From: a virus
DNA length: 64,000 bases
Direction: 5' to 3' (one strand)
UHGV virus genome: UHGV-0298424
Shown here one piece after another: positions 19,708 through 29,122 of the stretch (positions are counted from its first letter, which is position 1; each line of letters begins with the position of its first letter). The position numbers and the translations under genes are program-made. Under the pieces are notes generated by a model, which saw nothing but the letters and a program-made list of their open reading frames with translations, searched no databases and was not told where the DNA came from.

Positions 19708-21221
19708 TCAAGCTCCTTATCCGTCAATATTCGTTTGTTTGAATAATAGCCGCACCACAAACCATGATATTTTTCCCCGATATAAACCAACGCGTATTCG
19801 ATATACTGCCGTTCTGGACGACGTACAGCCACGTAAAACCGCCCTTCCGGTTCTTTGATACGGTTGATTTCCGTACGCGTCGGTATGTCGATACCTCGAG
19901 TAAGGATAGCTTTAACCTTGTTTTTACTACCAGGGATCTTGATGGTTACGTCAAAACCTTTATCTACGTTACGATAAATGTCTTTCTTCGGCTTACCTTT
20001 CTCATCGTAAAGTACGTCAGTAATGTCATTCAACACTACTGAGTTTTTCCCTTCCATGGCATCGCGTAACCAACCTGCAAGCTCATCACGAATCGCAATA
20101 CAACGATAAGATAATAGCGCAGGACGAAGAATTCGTGTAATCGAAAGATCTTCAAACATCCACAGGTTTTTGTCTTCACTAAAATGCATCCGATCGATAG
20201 GAATGCCGTTAGCAGCGGCTTCTGCGAACTTCTTGCGCTTTACGAATAAGTTAAAAACAACGGCGATTGGATCAAATTGACGTAAACGGGGCACCCCTTC
20301 CCACGCTTTCGCAGAATGGGTATTTACCAACTCGTATACGTTATCCCACGGTTCTTTGGTAAACATTACGCAGAATTGTGCATCTGGAATGTACTTACCA
20401 ACGAAGACGATATCATCCTTCTGTTTTGCGTGGTTTCCACCGAACATGTAATAAAGTTTATTACCGTTAACTGTAACAGTGGGGTGAGGCTCGTTCACCA
20501 TCGGGTAACAGAACTTCGTAACACAGATATCGGGAAAAGTGGACAAATTGACACCCTCACCAACAACTTCCGGTTGCTGTTCTTCCTCAGGCAGTTCGTC
20601 TTTTGACCAATACGGTGTATAGTCTAACCCCTCCCCTCGGGCAGAGATAATTGAGCCTTTCCGCGCTAACTCGTCTGCGCGTTCGTTTCCATAACGTCCA
20701 GAGTGGCCTTTAATTTTAAGGACACGAACACCTTTCCCTTCTTTCTTTAAGCGCTGTTTAACCACCCACATCCGTTGGATTAATTCCAGATTCGCAATAG
20801 GTGTACCGTCCGCACGACGCCAACCACGTGCTGCCCAACCATCAATCCAGTCGTTATACGTGTTGACAACGTAAGATGCGTCGATATAGATAACGTAGTT
20901 TTTGGCAACGAAGGGGGCGTGTTCGAAGACGGTCAGGAAAGCCACGAGTTCTGCAACGTCGGAGTGTGACATTTTTGGTACAGGAACAACTCCGTCAATA
21001 AACTCCACGGTTTCTGGTAAAGGCGGAAGTTTTTCATCTTTGTTTATCTGGCGGTATCCTGACGTCGTAATCCCCTCGGGAATAGTGGGATGGCGGTAAA
21101 CCCGACCATCCTCAATCGCTTCACGATTAAATAAGTATCCATGAATCCCCGCCCCTGTACCGAGCGGGGAAGTCAAATGGCTACCGTCCGTGTAAATTAC
21201 TGCAACATCAACGTTCTTCAT
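19701..21221 (-). CDS. ribonuclease H domain protein with about 320-aa C-terminal extension
   Basis: N-terminus IYTDGS, ELVA, IDASYV, KGHSG..NERADELAR matches RNase HI catalytic motifs; C-terminal half not recognised. Confidence 0.65.
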   Translation of the reverse strand: MKNVDVAVIYTDGSHLTSPLGTGAGIHGYLFNREAIEDGRVYRHPTIPEGITTSGYRQINKDEKLPPLPETVEFIDGVVPVPKMSHSDVAELVAFLTVFEHAPFVAKNYVIYIDASYVVNTYNDWIDGWAARGWRRADGTPIANLELIQRMWVVKQRLKKEGKGVRVLKIKGHSGRYGNERADELARKGSIISARGEGLDYTPYWSKDELPEEEQQPEVVGEGVNLSTFPDICVTKFCYPMVNEPHPTVTVNGNKLYYMFGGNHAKQKDDIVFVGKYIPDAQFCVMFTKEPWDNVYELVNTHSAKAWEGVPRLRQFDPIAVVFNLFVKRKKFAEAAANGIPIDRMHFSEDKNLWMFEDLSITRILRPALLSYRCIAIRDELAGWLRDAMEGKNSVVLNDITDVLYDEKGKPKKDIYRNVDKGFDVTIKIPGSKNKVKAILTRGIDIPTRTEINRIKEPEGRFYVAVRRPERQYIEYALVYIGEKYHGLWCGYYSNKRILTDKELEC

Positions 21222-21223
21222 TC

Positions 21224-21958
21224 TTAATCCCTGGTTAATTGATCACGAATCTGCGGCGCAACATACTCGCCAGTTTTCAGTTCTTCGTGACAGGCTTTGG
21301 CGCGTTCAAACCCGTATTGGCGGGTGACCAAAGCGAGGTGATAAATACGTGCCGTGGTGTAGGCTTCTTTTGCTGCATCCCACATTGCGTGGTGCTCAAA
21401 AGCGGGCTTACCGCGTGTCCAATAAACTTGCTCTACCGTTAAGTCGGGTTCGAAACCAAACGCAAAAGCTAAACGCTCTGCGGTACGATCGCTATCCAAC
21501 GCACTAAATTTACGGAACTTCCCTGGCGGAATATCGCATTGTGCGAAAGCGTTTATGAAAATCGGCGCATCGAAGTCGGGACCGCGCATGGTAATAACAA
21601 ACTCATGTTTTGCGGTGATCTCCCCGAGCCATTTTTGCATCGCCCACAGAGCATCAGGCAATGCTGTTGTTCCACCCCATGCTTCCGCATAGGCTTCACG
21701 AGACGGCGCGTATTCAGGTTCGCCTTTACCTTCCCACCATCCAACCGTTTGTGGGTCTTCGTGGAAAATAGCTTTTGCTTTAGGGTCATTAGGATCGATA
21801 CGGATGTATGAGGAACCAACCATTTTCAAGGTAGGGACGTCAAACGCCACTAAACCTGCACTCAACAGATAAGCGTCGGGACGTAACGATTTGGTTTCTG
21901 CATCGGCACCAATAACCAACGTCGGTGTGTACGGGGTGATAATTTTTGGGTAGGTCAT
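21224..21958 (-). CDS. putative 3'-5' exonuclease (DEDDh-like)
   Basis: VIGADAET (D-x-E) near N-terminus and HHAMWDAAKEAY (H-x-A-x-x-D-A) near C-terminus. Confidence 0.5.
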   Translation of the reverse strand: MTYPKIITPYTPTLVIGADAETKSLRPDAYLLSAGLVAFDVPTLKMVGSSYIRIDPNDPKAKAIFHEDPQTVGWWEGKGEPEYAPSREAYAEAWGGTTALPDALWAMQKWLGEITAKHEFVITMRGPDFDAPIFINAFAQCDIPPGKFRKFSALDSDRTAERLAFAFGFEPDLTVEQVYWTRGKPAFEHHAMWDAAKEAYTTARIYHLALVTRQYGFERAKACHEELKTGEYVAPQIRDQLTRD

Positions 21959-22012
21959 GTTGAATTCTCCTGTTAGTCTACATTAAAATAGTCGTAAACG
22001 TTAAAAAGAAAG

Positions 22013-22042
22013 GCCCTCCTGTACCTCGAAGGGTACAGGAGG
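22013..22042 (-). terminator. intrinsic terminator hairpin
   Basis: CCCTCCTGTACC-TCGAA-GGGTACAGGAGGG; T-run on minus strand. Confidence 0.5.
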
Positions 22043-22047
22043 GAGTG

Positions 22048-22506
22048 TCAGTACAAACACGATGTCAAGTATTGGTTATACGAATCGAGCAGTGCCTGAC
22101 GGTCGGAACGGTAATTCCACAACAAATTATTGAGTTTACGCGATAAATCACGGCTAATCTCCTGGGCCGTTAAAGAGCTCTCATCAAGAAACATGCGCTC
22201 AGGTACAACGTGTAATTTCGGTAACTCATAGCGTTCACAAAGTGGAGCCAACATTGGTGGACTCCAGCCACGTTTAGCGGCTTGCTGGTTTAAATTTCGT
22301 GTGTAGACATAAACGTAATAAGCATAGGTGTTGACATCTGCAACATACTCACGCATTGCATTCTTGTCAATTTTCCAATTCACCATTATTGGCGGTTCAG
22401 GAGGAAGTTCCAGTGGTCTATAAGCTGGACGTTTAACTTCGTCACCGTAGCTATTACTCACCAACCCCACGAACACTACCATGATGAATAATAGCATTTT
22501 CATCAA
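22048..22506 (-). CDS. secreted hypothetical protein
   Basis: N-terminal signal peptide MMKMLLFIMVVFVGLVSNSYG; no lipobox Cys. Confidence 0.45.
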   Translation of the reverse strand: MMKMLLFIMVVFVGLVSNSYGDEVKRPAYRPLELPPEPPIMVNWKIDKNAMREYVADVNTYAYYVYVYTRNLNQQAAKRGWSPPMLAPLCERYELPKLHVVPERMFLDESSLTAQEISRDLSRKLNNLLWNYRSDRQALLDSYNQYLTSCLY

Positions 22507-23010
22507 TCACTCCTTAGAAGACGATAGCGTCTTTATGATCTCCTGTCGAAAACTGTTCGCGTTTAAATTACCAACAGGTCTCGCCGAAGCCTCTTTACGT
22601 TGTTCTGGTGTTGAAGCCGGATTAACAGGAGTTTCTGGTTTTGCCGAGGACAGATCCTTCGTCGTACCGCTCGCTTTCGATGAATTAAACGTGCTTTCAT
22701 ATGGCGGTTTCTGGCCGAGGCAAACGAAGAGTCTGTCGTATAACTTATCATTATCTTCTTTTAGTTTATCTCGATCTTGTTTCATCTCTTGGTAAGACTG
22801 TGACATATAAGTGTCATGAGACTGCACTGCAACGAGCGCGTGAAACTGTTGTACATAGGCGTAGGAGACGAAGCCAGAATACGACAACAAGATCGTGATG
22901 ATTAAAGTCATTATCTTGCTTGCTCTTGATACGTTTTCTCCTTCTCCTGGTTTAAATGCTTCCATTAACATCTGAAGGAAGAACGGAAGCACTTTAAAAA
23001 ATGAACCCAT
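22507..23010 (-). CDS. membrane-anchored coiled-coil protein
   Basis: hydrophobic helix TLIITILLSYSGFVSYAYV then charged helical region and Pro/Thr-rich tail. Confidence 0.4.
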   Translation of the reverse strand: MGSFFKVLPFFLQMLMEAFKPGEGENVSRASKIMTLIITILLSYSGFVSYAYVQQFHALVAVQSHDTYMSQSYQEMKQDRDKLKEDNDKLYDRLFVCLGQKPPYESTFNSSKASGTTKDLSSAKPETPVNPASTPEQRKEASARPVGNLNANSFRQEIIKTLSSSKE

Positions 23011-23035
23011 TGCTCACCTCGGAGTATTTTTAATT

Positions 23036-24409
23036 ATGTTAGACTTACAAGGTTTTATTCAGATACCGGCACTGTTTGACAATCAGGACGGCGTCACCGC
23101 TCCGGTGGGCGAGCTGTCGGATTTGACACTCTCGTACGCGAAGAGTAAACAGACGTTTACCAAAACCAATTTGCAAGTTCAATTGGTGACTTTTACGTCT
23201 AAACGAGAAAAACAGACGGTTGTTGTACCAGCCGAATTTTCTGATCATATTCTAACCGTTTCTCAATGGATATACCAGCAAGCCATCTTGGGGAATCTGA
23301 GAAATGACGAACTTGAATTCCAGCGCCTGTTACTAGGACAATTCCAATCAACCATTTCTGGCGTTCAGTCCGGTGCGATGATCCAGACGAACAGTAACTG
23401 GTTCCCACGCTGGGTGAGCTGGAAATATGAAGCAACAGCAGATCAAGTACAAGATGACACTGATGTAGATAATCAGATCATTGTTTGGTTCTCGGATGAA
23501 GACTTCGATCAAGATTACACAGGGTTCGAAATCGAAGTGCAGATGCCGATTTCACCAATCGACACATTTTTGTCGACCAAGTCAGTCGTTGAAAAGGCGA
23601 TGGAAGGGTTTAACCTCACCGAACACCATAAGAAAATCAATGAGTTAATGGCAGGATTTCCTTACACCGCTATCCAAACCAACTACTATACTTGGCACGA
23701 TAAAGAAAACTACGAGTCCACCCTAGTTGTCCCAATGTCGGTCATTATTTACGGCCGCGCGGGAAAAAACCCAACGAAAATAAAGCAAGCGTTGCGTGAA
23801 CATATTCTCGCTAATTCTAGCTTTACTGTCCCAGTCGGGGTAAAGGTATTTCCTGAAATTTTCACTACCACGAAATTTACAATTGTTCCTGGATGGAAAA
23901 TTCGTGGAATACCTAATGAGGAAGACGTAGCGGCGCTTTATTCCCCTATCCTTCCATATGATTTCTGGGTCAAAGCTATCAGTCGGTTTGGAGAATGGGC
24001 AGACCTGACGGTAGCAGAAAGAAATACTAAAACGATCAGTAAGCCTACGACAGATGTAACTGACTTACCAACCGTTTATAAATCATTAAACTGTGTTGTA
24101 ATCAGTGGGCCGGAAAATGATACGCGGAAAGCGACCTTACACGAAACTATCCCGGATTATGCGTTAATTGCGACGACTAACCCTGATATTGCACGTATGT
24201 CGAAAACAACGACCGAATGGTTGGCGTTATTCTTCCAGGCACTTATTGCTGCGGAAGAATACCACCCGTATCAAACCAGCTTAGACATTGTAAAACTGGT
24301 CGATGAGGCAGACCCTGATAACTATTTCTGGGTATTTGAGTACGATAATGTGGAATATCGAATCCTGTCTCGGAAAGCGAAATGGTACAGCGAGTTAGAC
24401 AAGGAGTAA
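23036..24409 (+). CDS. hypothetical protein (457 aa)
   Basis: plus-strand ORF followed 4 nt later by a second plus ORF; the pair ends at bidirectional terminator 25044-25069. Confidence 0.5.
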   Translation: MLDLQGFIQIPALFDNQDGVTAPVGELSDLTLSYAKSKQTFTKTNLQVQLVTFTSKREKQTVVVPAEFSDHILTVSQWIYQQAILGNLRNDELEFQRLLLGQFQSTISGVQSGAMIQTNSNWFPRWVSWKYEATADQVQDDTDVDNQIIVWFSDEDFDQDYTGFEIEVQMPISPIDTFLSTKSVVEKAMEGFNLTEHHKKINELMAGFPYTAIQTNYYTWHDKENYESTLVVPMSVIIYGRAGKNPTKIKQALREHILANSSFTVPVGVKVFPEIFTTTKFTIVPGWKIRGIPNEEDVAALYSPILPYDFWVKAISRFGEWADLTVAERNTKTISKPTTDVTDLPTVYKSLNCVVISGPENDTRKATLHETIPDYALIATTNPDIARMSKTTTEWLALFFQALIAAEEYHPYQTSLDIVKLVDEADPDNYFWVFEYDNVEYRILSRKAKWYSELDKE

Positions 24410-24412
24410 TGA

Positions 24413-25036
24413 ATGGCTACGCGTTTACCACTACAGGTACCAGTCAACACCACGGGTCTGTTTAAAGTAAAAACACCATTTACTTTAGCCGAGACAGTCA
24501 TTTATACGGTAGAGGCATCGCGTACCTTCCCAGATTTAGTACGTCAGAATATCGACGTTTATAATTCGTATTACCAGCCAGCAGGGCTAGGGCGTGAAGA
24601 ATATTTAGCAGATGCGAATGTTAGTGCGTCGATTTTGACATTTAAATCTCGTGATGGTCAAGTTGTATACATACCTGACACCTACCTGGAATCGTACCCA
24701 GGTTTATCCGGGATCACGTATCAACGAAATGTGTTAGTGGTAGATTTGGCACTAGTACCGGATTACGTGAAAGTGTCGTCTATAACAAAAGACGTTTCAG
24801 ATATTCTCACGCATACTCTGGGGATTGAACCGAAAGTTGAAATTACAACTCTCGAGTATGAGGGGAAGGTAACGGAGGAACAACACTTGCAGATGGAAGC
24901 GGCACGAAAAAATAAAATTCGTGAGTCTATTCCGTTGGGCGAGAAAGTTGCTGCGTTGACAGAAGAAAACAAAAAATTAAAAGAGTTAAACAACCAAATG
25001 TTAGAGATTCTTAAAGCTAACGGGTTAGTTAACTAA
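24413..25036 (+). CDS. hypothetical protein with C-terminal coiled coil
   Basis: 207-aa ORF; C-terminal KVAALTEENKKLKELNNQMLEILKANG heptad-like segment. Confidence 0.5.
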   Translation: MATRLPLQVPVNTTGLFKVKTPFTLAETVIYTVEASRTFPDLVRQNIDVYNSYYQPAGLGREEYLADANVSASILTFKSRDGQVVYIPDTYLESYPGLSGITYQRNVLVVDLALVPDYVKVSSITKDVSDILTHTLGIEPKVEITTLEYEGKVTEEQHLQMEAARKNKIRESIPLGEKVAALTEENKKLKELNNQMLEILKANGLVN

Positions 25037-25043
25037 AAAAGAT

Positions 25044-25069
25044 TACCCTACTCCTTCGGGAGTAGGGTA
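25044..25069. terminator. bidirectional terminator
   Basis: TACCCTACTCC-TTCG-GGAGTAGGGTA between AAAAAA and TTTTATTTT; convergent genes on both sides. Confidence 0.6.
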
Positions 25070-25078
25070 GCTTTTATT

Positions 25079-25627
25079 TTAAATGTCGACTTCTAGTTTA
25101 CGGTAATCGATGACGCCTTGAGCAATCATAGCAGCAACATCGTTCCAAGTACGAAAAATGAAGTAAACGGTATCCCCGTTTAAATAGATATTGGATTCTT
25201 TATCCGGGAAATCATCTTCGCTAAGGTAATAGTAGGGCCTGTCGAATGGGAAGTCGCGTTCATCAGAGGAGCCAAGTACCGCATAACGATTGCCACAATC
25301 AAACAGAATCTTCCAACCAGACATTTCACTATTAATGTCAATACGATCGGCGATTTCAACGGTAATAGGGGAATGATCAAGAAAACTGATTGTAATATCA
25401 CCGTTATAACGCTTGAATCGCCAAATATCTGTAGGTACGATTTCAGACGCCGCTATAAGGGAATAAAGTTGTGTTGAGGTGATCTTTTTGTAAACGTTAG
25501 TTCCATCTCCAAAATGGTTATATAAGAAATTAGCCAGGAAATTTATATCCTTTAAACGTGTGCGGAAAACAGAACCACGGCGAATACCGTAAGCCAGATG
25601 AGTTAAATATTCAGACGATGGAAACAT
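25079..25627 (-). CDS. hypothetical protein, paralog pair member A
   Basis: 182 aa; N-terminus similar to 25689..26633 product. Confidence 0.45.
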   Translation of the reverse strand: MFPSSEYLTHLAYGIRRGSVFRTRLKDINFLANFLYNHFGDGTNVYKKITSTQLYSLIAASEIVPTDIWRFKRYNGDITISFLDHSPITVEIADRIDINSEMSGWKILFDCGNRYAVLGSSDERDFPFDRPYYYLSEDDFPDKESNIYLNGDTVYFIFRTWNDVAAMIAQGVIDYRKLEVDI

Positions 25628-25658
25628 TTTAATACTCCTAAGATGGAAAAAGAATTAA

Positions 25659-25680
25659 CCCTACTCCCGGAGGAGTAGGG
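25659..25680 (-). terminator. intrinsic terminator hairpin
   Basis: CCCTACTCC-CGGA-GGAGTAGGG; T-run on minus strand. Confidence 0.5.
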
Positions 25681-25688
25681 GTCTTAGA

Positions 25689-26633
25689 TTATTTTTTGGT
25701 TTGGCCCAGCTTTTCAAGAACCAGTTCACGAATGTACTTTTGAGTACGTTTCTTCGGTGGTAAAGCCATAAGTGTGTCAACAATTTCCTGGCCACCGATA
25801 ACCTTGCTGACGAGTTGTTGAACTTGGAAGAGTTCTGCTTCTTCGTCGCTAATTTCGTTAGCTTGGTCTTTCTGACACAATGCTTCTACCAGGTCAGCTA
25901 CGGATATTTCATTTTCGTCACCAGGGAAATCCAGGTTTAACGATTCGAAAACATCGCGTTTAACGAGCACAGATTTCAGATCGTCGTAGTTTTCACAGAC
26001 GGCGACTTCTGTGCCAGGTACCGCCGGTTCATTGTACGCAGCAAACAAATCTTCCATTACTTTCTGATTGTGCTCTACTTTCAAAGCGTGGAAAGTTTTG
26101 GAGGCGCTGGTTAAAACGTAACCAATTTGCGGCCAGCTGCTCAGAATGAAGCAAACCGTGTTTCCAGTTAGACCGATATTGCCCTGACGTGCGTCAAAAA
26201 AGATTTCTTCGGTGCGAGAAATCTGTCCAAGTTCGAAATAGGTTTCTTTTTTGGCCGCGACGACTTCATACTGATTCTTACCCTGCTCTACAACAACTAA
26301 CCAGTTACCAAGAATTTCGTGTTGGTAGTTTGATACGGAAAGTGACTCGTTGCCCGCGTGCGGCTTAATGTCAATGGACGCCCGACGCATACCCATTGAG
26401 AAGTTGAACTTAACCCCGTCATGATACGCTGAGGCGTAGTCGATCGGGATAATTTCCGAGACACGTTCGATATCCATAATTGTTTCCTGCGTAACACATG
26501 CAGGATCGGTACCAATTAGATAATTATACAGAAAGTCGGCTGTAACATCTACTGATTTCCGGAAGATTGGGAAATTATGGCTGCGACGGAAAATGTTAGC
26601 CAGTGTGTAAATTACTTCAGATGGAAAAGTCAT
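25689..26633 (-). CDS. hypothetical protein, paralog pair member B
   Basis: 314 aa; shared N-terminal region plus acidic C-terminal extension. Confidence 0.45.
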   Translation of the reverse strand: MTFPSEVIYTLANIFRRSHNFPIFRKSVDVTADFLYNYLIGTDPACVTQETIMDIERVSEIIPIDYASAYHDGVKFNFSMGMRRASIDIKPHAGNESLSVSNYQHEILGNWLVVVEQGKNQYEVVAAKKETYFELGQISRTEEIFFDARQGNIGLTGNTVCFILSSWPQIGYVLTSASKTFHALKVEHNQKVMEDLFAAYNEPAVPGTEVAVCENYDDLKSVLVKRDVFESLNLDFPGDENEISVADLVEALCQKDQANEISDEEAELFQVQQLVSKVIGGQEIVDTLMALPPKKRTQKYIRELVLEKLGQTKK

Positions 26634-26686
26634 TTTAATAGTCCTCTTTTAGGTTTGTTCAAATCAACTAAGGGTTATGTAAAAAG

Positions 26687-27166
26687 TTAAAACAGTGGTA
26701 AGTTACGCCATTGACCTACCGAGTAAAAAGCTTTTGGATGTTTGCGGATATACGCTTTCGCTTCTTCTGGCAACCAACGATCGCCTACCAGTTTTTGTTG
26801 CGCAACAATTACCGCCAACAGTAAATACGGGTTTTTCGCACCGGGGAACTTTGCATTGGTTTCTAGCGCAATATCTAACATTGACGACCAGCCCAGTAAT
26901 TTACGTTGCGCCGGTAAACGTCCTTCAATAAACATTAGCCAGTCCATGATTTGTCTGGGTTTATACGGACACGTATAATTCGCCCAACTCACCATGGCGA
27001 ACTTAATAGCCTTCGCAATAACCCATACAGGAACTGCCACGAAAAGACAGAAAATGGTCAACTGTGAGGCAGGTGCATCGATAAAAGTAACCGCTACAAG
27101 AACCATACACAGTTCAAGCACCACAAACCAAAAACGTGTTGGATAACGCCAAATGAATTTTATCAT
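26687..27166 (-). CDS. putative membrane protein
   Basis: 159 aa; two N-terminal hydrophobic helices; AAGGAA SD. Confidence 0.45.
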   Translation of the reverse strand: MIKFIWRYPTRFWFVVLELCMVLVAVTFIDAPASQLTIFCLFVAVPVWVIAKAIKFAMVSWANYTCPYKPRQIMDWLMFIEGRLPAQRKLLGWSSMLDIALETNAKFPGAKNPYLLLAVIVAQQKLVGDRWLPEEAKAYIRKHPKAFYSVGQWRNLPLF

Positions 27167-27198
27167 ATCTCTGTTCCTTTAGGGAATGAAAATAAAAT

Positions 27199-27228
27199 TA
27201 CCCCTTACTCCGTAAAGGGTAAGGGGTA
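27199..27228 (-). terminator. intrinsic terminator hairpin
   Basis: TACCCCTTAC-loop-GTAAGGGGTA; T-rich after stem on minus strand. Confidence 0.45.
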
Positions 27229-27232
27229 GAGA

Positions 27233-27742
27233 TTAGAAGAACGGCTGATTTGGAATGACAGCGTACTCTAAAATGAACATGTGCTCTGGGGCGTCTTCTT
27301 TACGCCAGACTTTGTGTGTTAACACAAGTTTTTCCAGAATCGTTAGAAAACTACGCTGGCAGTATGTGTTTTCGCCAAGTAGCAGTTTCTGAAGTTCTAC
27401 AGTAGCGTCCATATACGCCTGTTTAAAGACTAGGCTACGGTTATACTGTCCGGTAAAATTCCAAAGCAAGACTTTCCCTTCTTCGGTTTCTTTTACCGTT
27501 GGACGTAAACCACAAATCCACAGCAAGGCAAGGTTGACGTTCCAGTCAAACTCTAAACCTTCCTCTTCGTCATCACCGAATGCTGTAGGTAAAGCATCGT
27601 AAAATTCGTGTTTCTCTGCGAATTCTTCATCCGATTTAATCTCGTCTTCGATGCTGCTTCGGACGATACCGTAAATGTCTTTCGCGGTTAGTTGTGCGGC
27701 TTTTGTAATGCCTTTATACCAATCGGTTACAACGATGCTCAA
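27233..27742 (-). CDS. hypothetical protein
   Basis: 169-aa ORF overlapping the upstream gene by 4 nt. Confidence 0.4.
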   Translation of the reverse strand: MSIVVTDWYKGITKAAQLTAKDIYGIVRSSIEDEIKSDEEFAEKHEFYDALPTAFGDDEEEGLEFDWNVNLALLWICGLRPTVKETEEGKVLLWNFTGQYNRSLVFKQAYMDATVELQKLLLGENTYCQRSFLTILEKLVLTHKVWRKEDAPEHMFILEYAVIPNQPFF

Positions 27743-28464
27743 AGGGTAACTCCTCTATTGATTGGAAAACTCGTGTTTATCGTATCCCAAATTTTACTAA
27801 CTTCCGCCAATTGAATCTGACGTGATGTTTTCTTCGCAAACGCAAGCTGACGTGGGGCCGAGCCCACAACAACAGGCACATCGATTTTCGCGCTATAGAA
27901 CGCGGCATCTTTCATAAAGCCTGCCATTTCTCGTTGTGCTGCTCGAGATTTGCTTTTGATTCGCGTGTGAGCGCCACTTTCACCCCAGTGGTAAGCTAAC
28001 GCAACTTCAGCCATGGTGGGCTTGCGTTTGAGTCGTTTGGTTAACCCCTTCTCAAGATGTTTAACATACGCGGTAGCCAGCAAAACAGCGTTACGCGGAT
28101 TATACAAATCGGCGTTCTGACTAAGACCTAATTCTTTTCCATAAAGCTTTAGCAGACTACGCTTGGTACTTGGAAGCATCTGTACCAGGCTGTGTGCCCG
28201 TGAGCTTTTGTTGTAAGCCTTGGGATCAAAACGTGATTCGCGATAAATCAGCGTAATCATCAGCTTAGGATCAACGCCTTGCTTTCGTGAGATTTCCACA
28301 ATTAACGGACTGACTTTTTCGAACCGATGTTGGATTTGTGTAAACTCACGCTGATGTTTAGTTTGTGGCGTTGACGTTGACGCCTGTGCGTTAAACGCGA
28401 AAAGTGTTACCAGTAAAAGAAAGAAGATACGAAACATTTTGTTTCTCCAGTTGGATTTATACAT
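27739..28464 (-). CDS. secreted lytic transglycosylase (SLT domain)
   Basis: signal peptide; ESRFDPKAYNKSSRAHSLVQM resembles the SLT E-S...GLMQ catalytic motif, followed by AYVKHL. Confidence 0.55.
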   Translation of the reverse strand: MYKSNWRNKMFRIFFLLLVTLFAFNAQASTSTPQTKHQREFTQIQHRFEKVSPLIVEISRKQGVDPKLMITLIYRESRFDPKAYNKSSRAHSLVQMLPSTKRSLLKLYGKELGLSQNADLYNPRNAVLLATAYVKHLEKGLTKRLKRKPTMAEVALAYHWGESGAHTRIKSKSRAAQREMAGFMKDAAFYSAKIDVPVVVGSAPRQLAFAKKTSRQIQLAEVSKIWDTINTSFPINRGVTL

Positions 28465-28537
28465 TTCCGTATTCCGTAAGACGAAATGACGGCGCGGACA
28501 GCTAATACTCCTTTGTTGTGTGCCCTAATGATAATAT

Positions 28538-29098
28538 CTATTTAAAAGAGTTTGGAATTAATGACTCTGCTTCTCGGTACAGCTTATCGGGTAAGTATAA
28601 CGTGTAGTGTTGCCTCCTCGGTTCAAGTTTTTTGTAAAGCCACAAGAAGATTTCTTGCCTTTCCCAGGAATCTAACCACCCATTTGCCATTCCCAGTGGA
28701 GGGATAGCAACGCTGGTATCCAGTTCCTCAACACAATCTGCTAATGCGGTAATGCCCGCAGTAACATAAGAAACCTTGGACTTTAAACGCCAATGTGTTT
28801 TCGTGGGGAGCAAGATGCACTTTTCATCAGGGTAAACGTAAACACTTCCAATCTTGATTTCGTCTTCGCGACACCGCTTACGGTAATCTTGATAAAGGTT
28901 GGGGTAGCGTTCACGGCACGCCAGTGCAATACCGCGACCCATTGCTCCTACACAGTTAATGGTAACGACTTTATAGTCTTCGGGCGCATTAAAAAGATCG
29001 TTACCAATTTTAGATTCTTTACGTACCGTTAACATAACGAATCGGCCATAGTTGATGTGTAGTATTAAAACGTGTACCGCCGATTGATAGCTCGACAA
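28538..29098 (-). CDS. macrodomain protein (TARG1/OARD1-like ADP-ribose hydrolase family)
   Basis: GNDLFNAPEDYKVVTINCVGAMGRGIALACRERYP and AIPPLGMANGWLDSW resemble recalled TARG1 signatures; true start may be ATG at 29035. Confidence 0.5.
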   Translation of the reverse strand: MSSYQSAVHVLILHINYGRFVMLTVRKESKIGNDLFNAPEDYKVVTINCVGAMGRGIALACRERYPNLYQDYRKRCREDEIKIGSVYVYPDEKCILLPTKTHWRLKSKVSYVTAGITALADCVEELDTSVAIPPLGMANGWLDSWERQEIFLWLYKKLEPRRQHYTLYLPDKLYREAESLIPNSFK

Positions 29099-29122
29099 GT
29101 ATAGCGATATATGTTTTACCCA

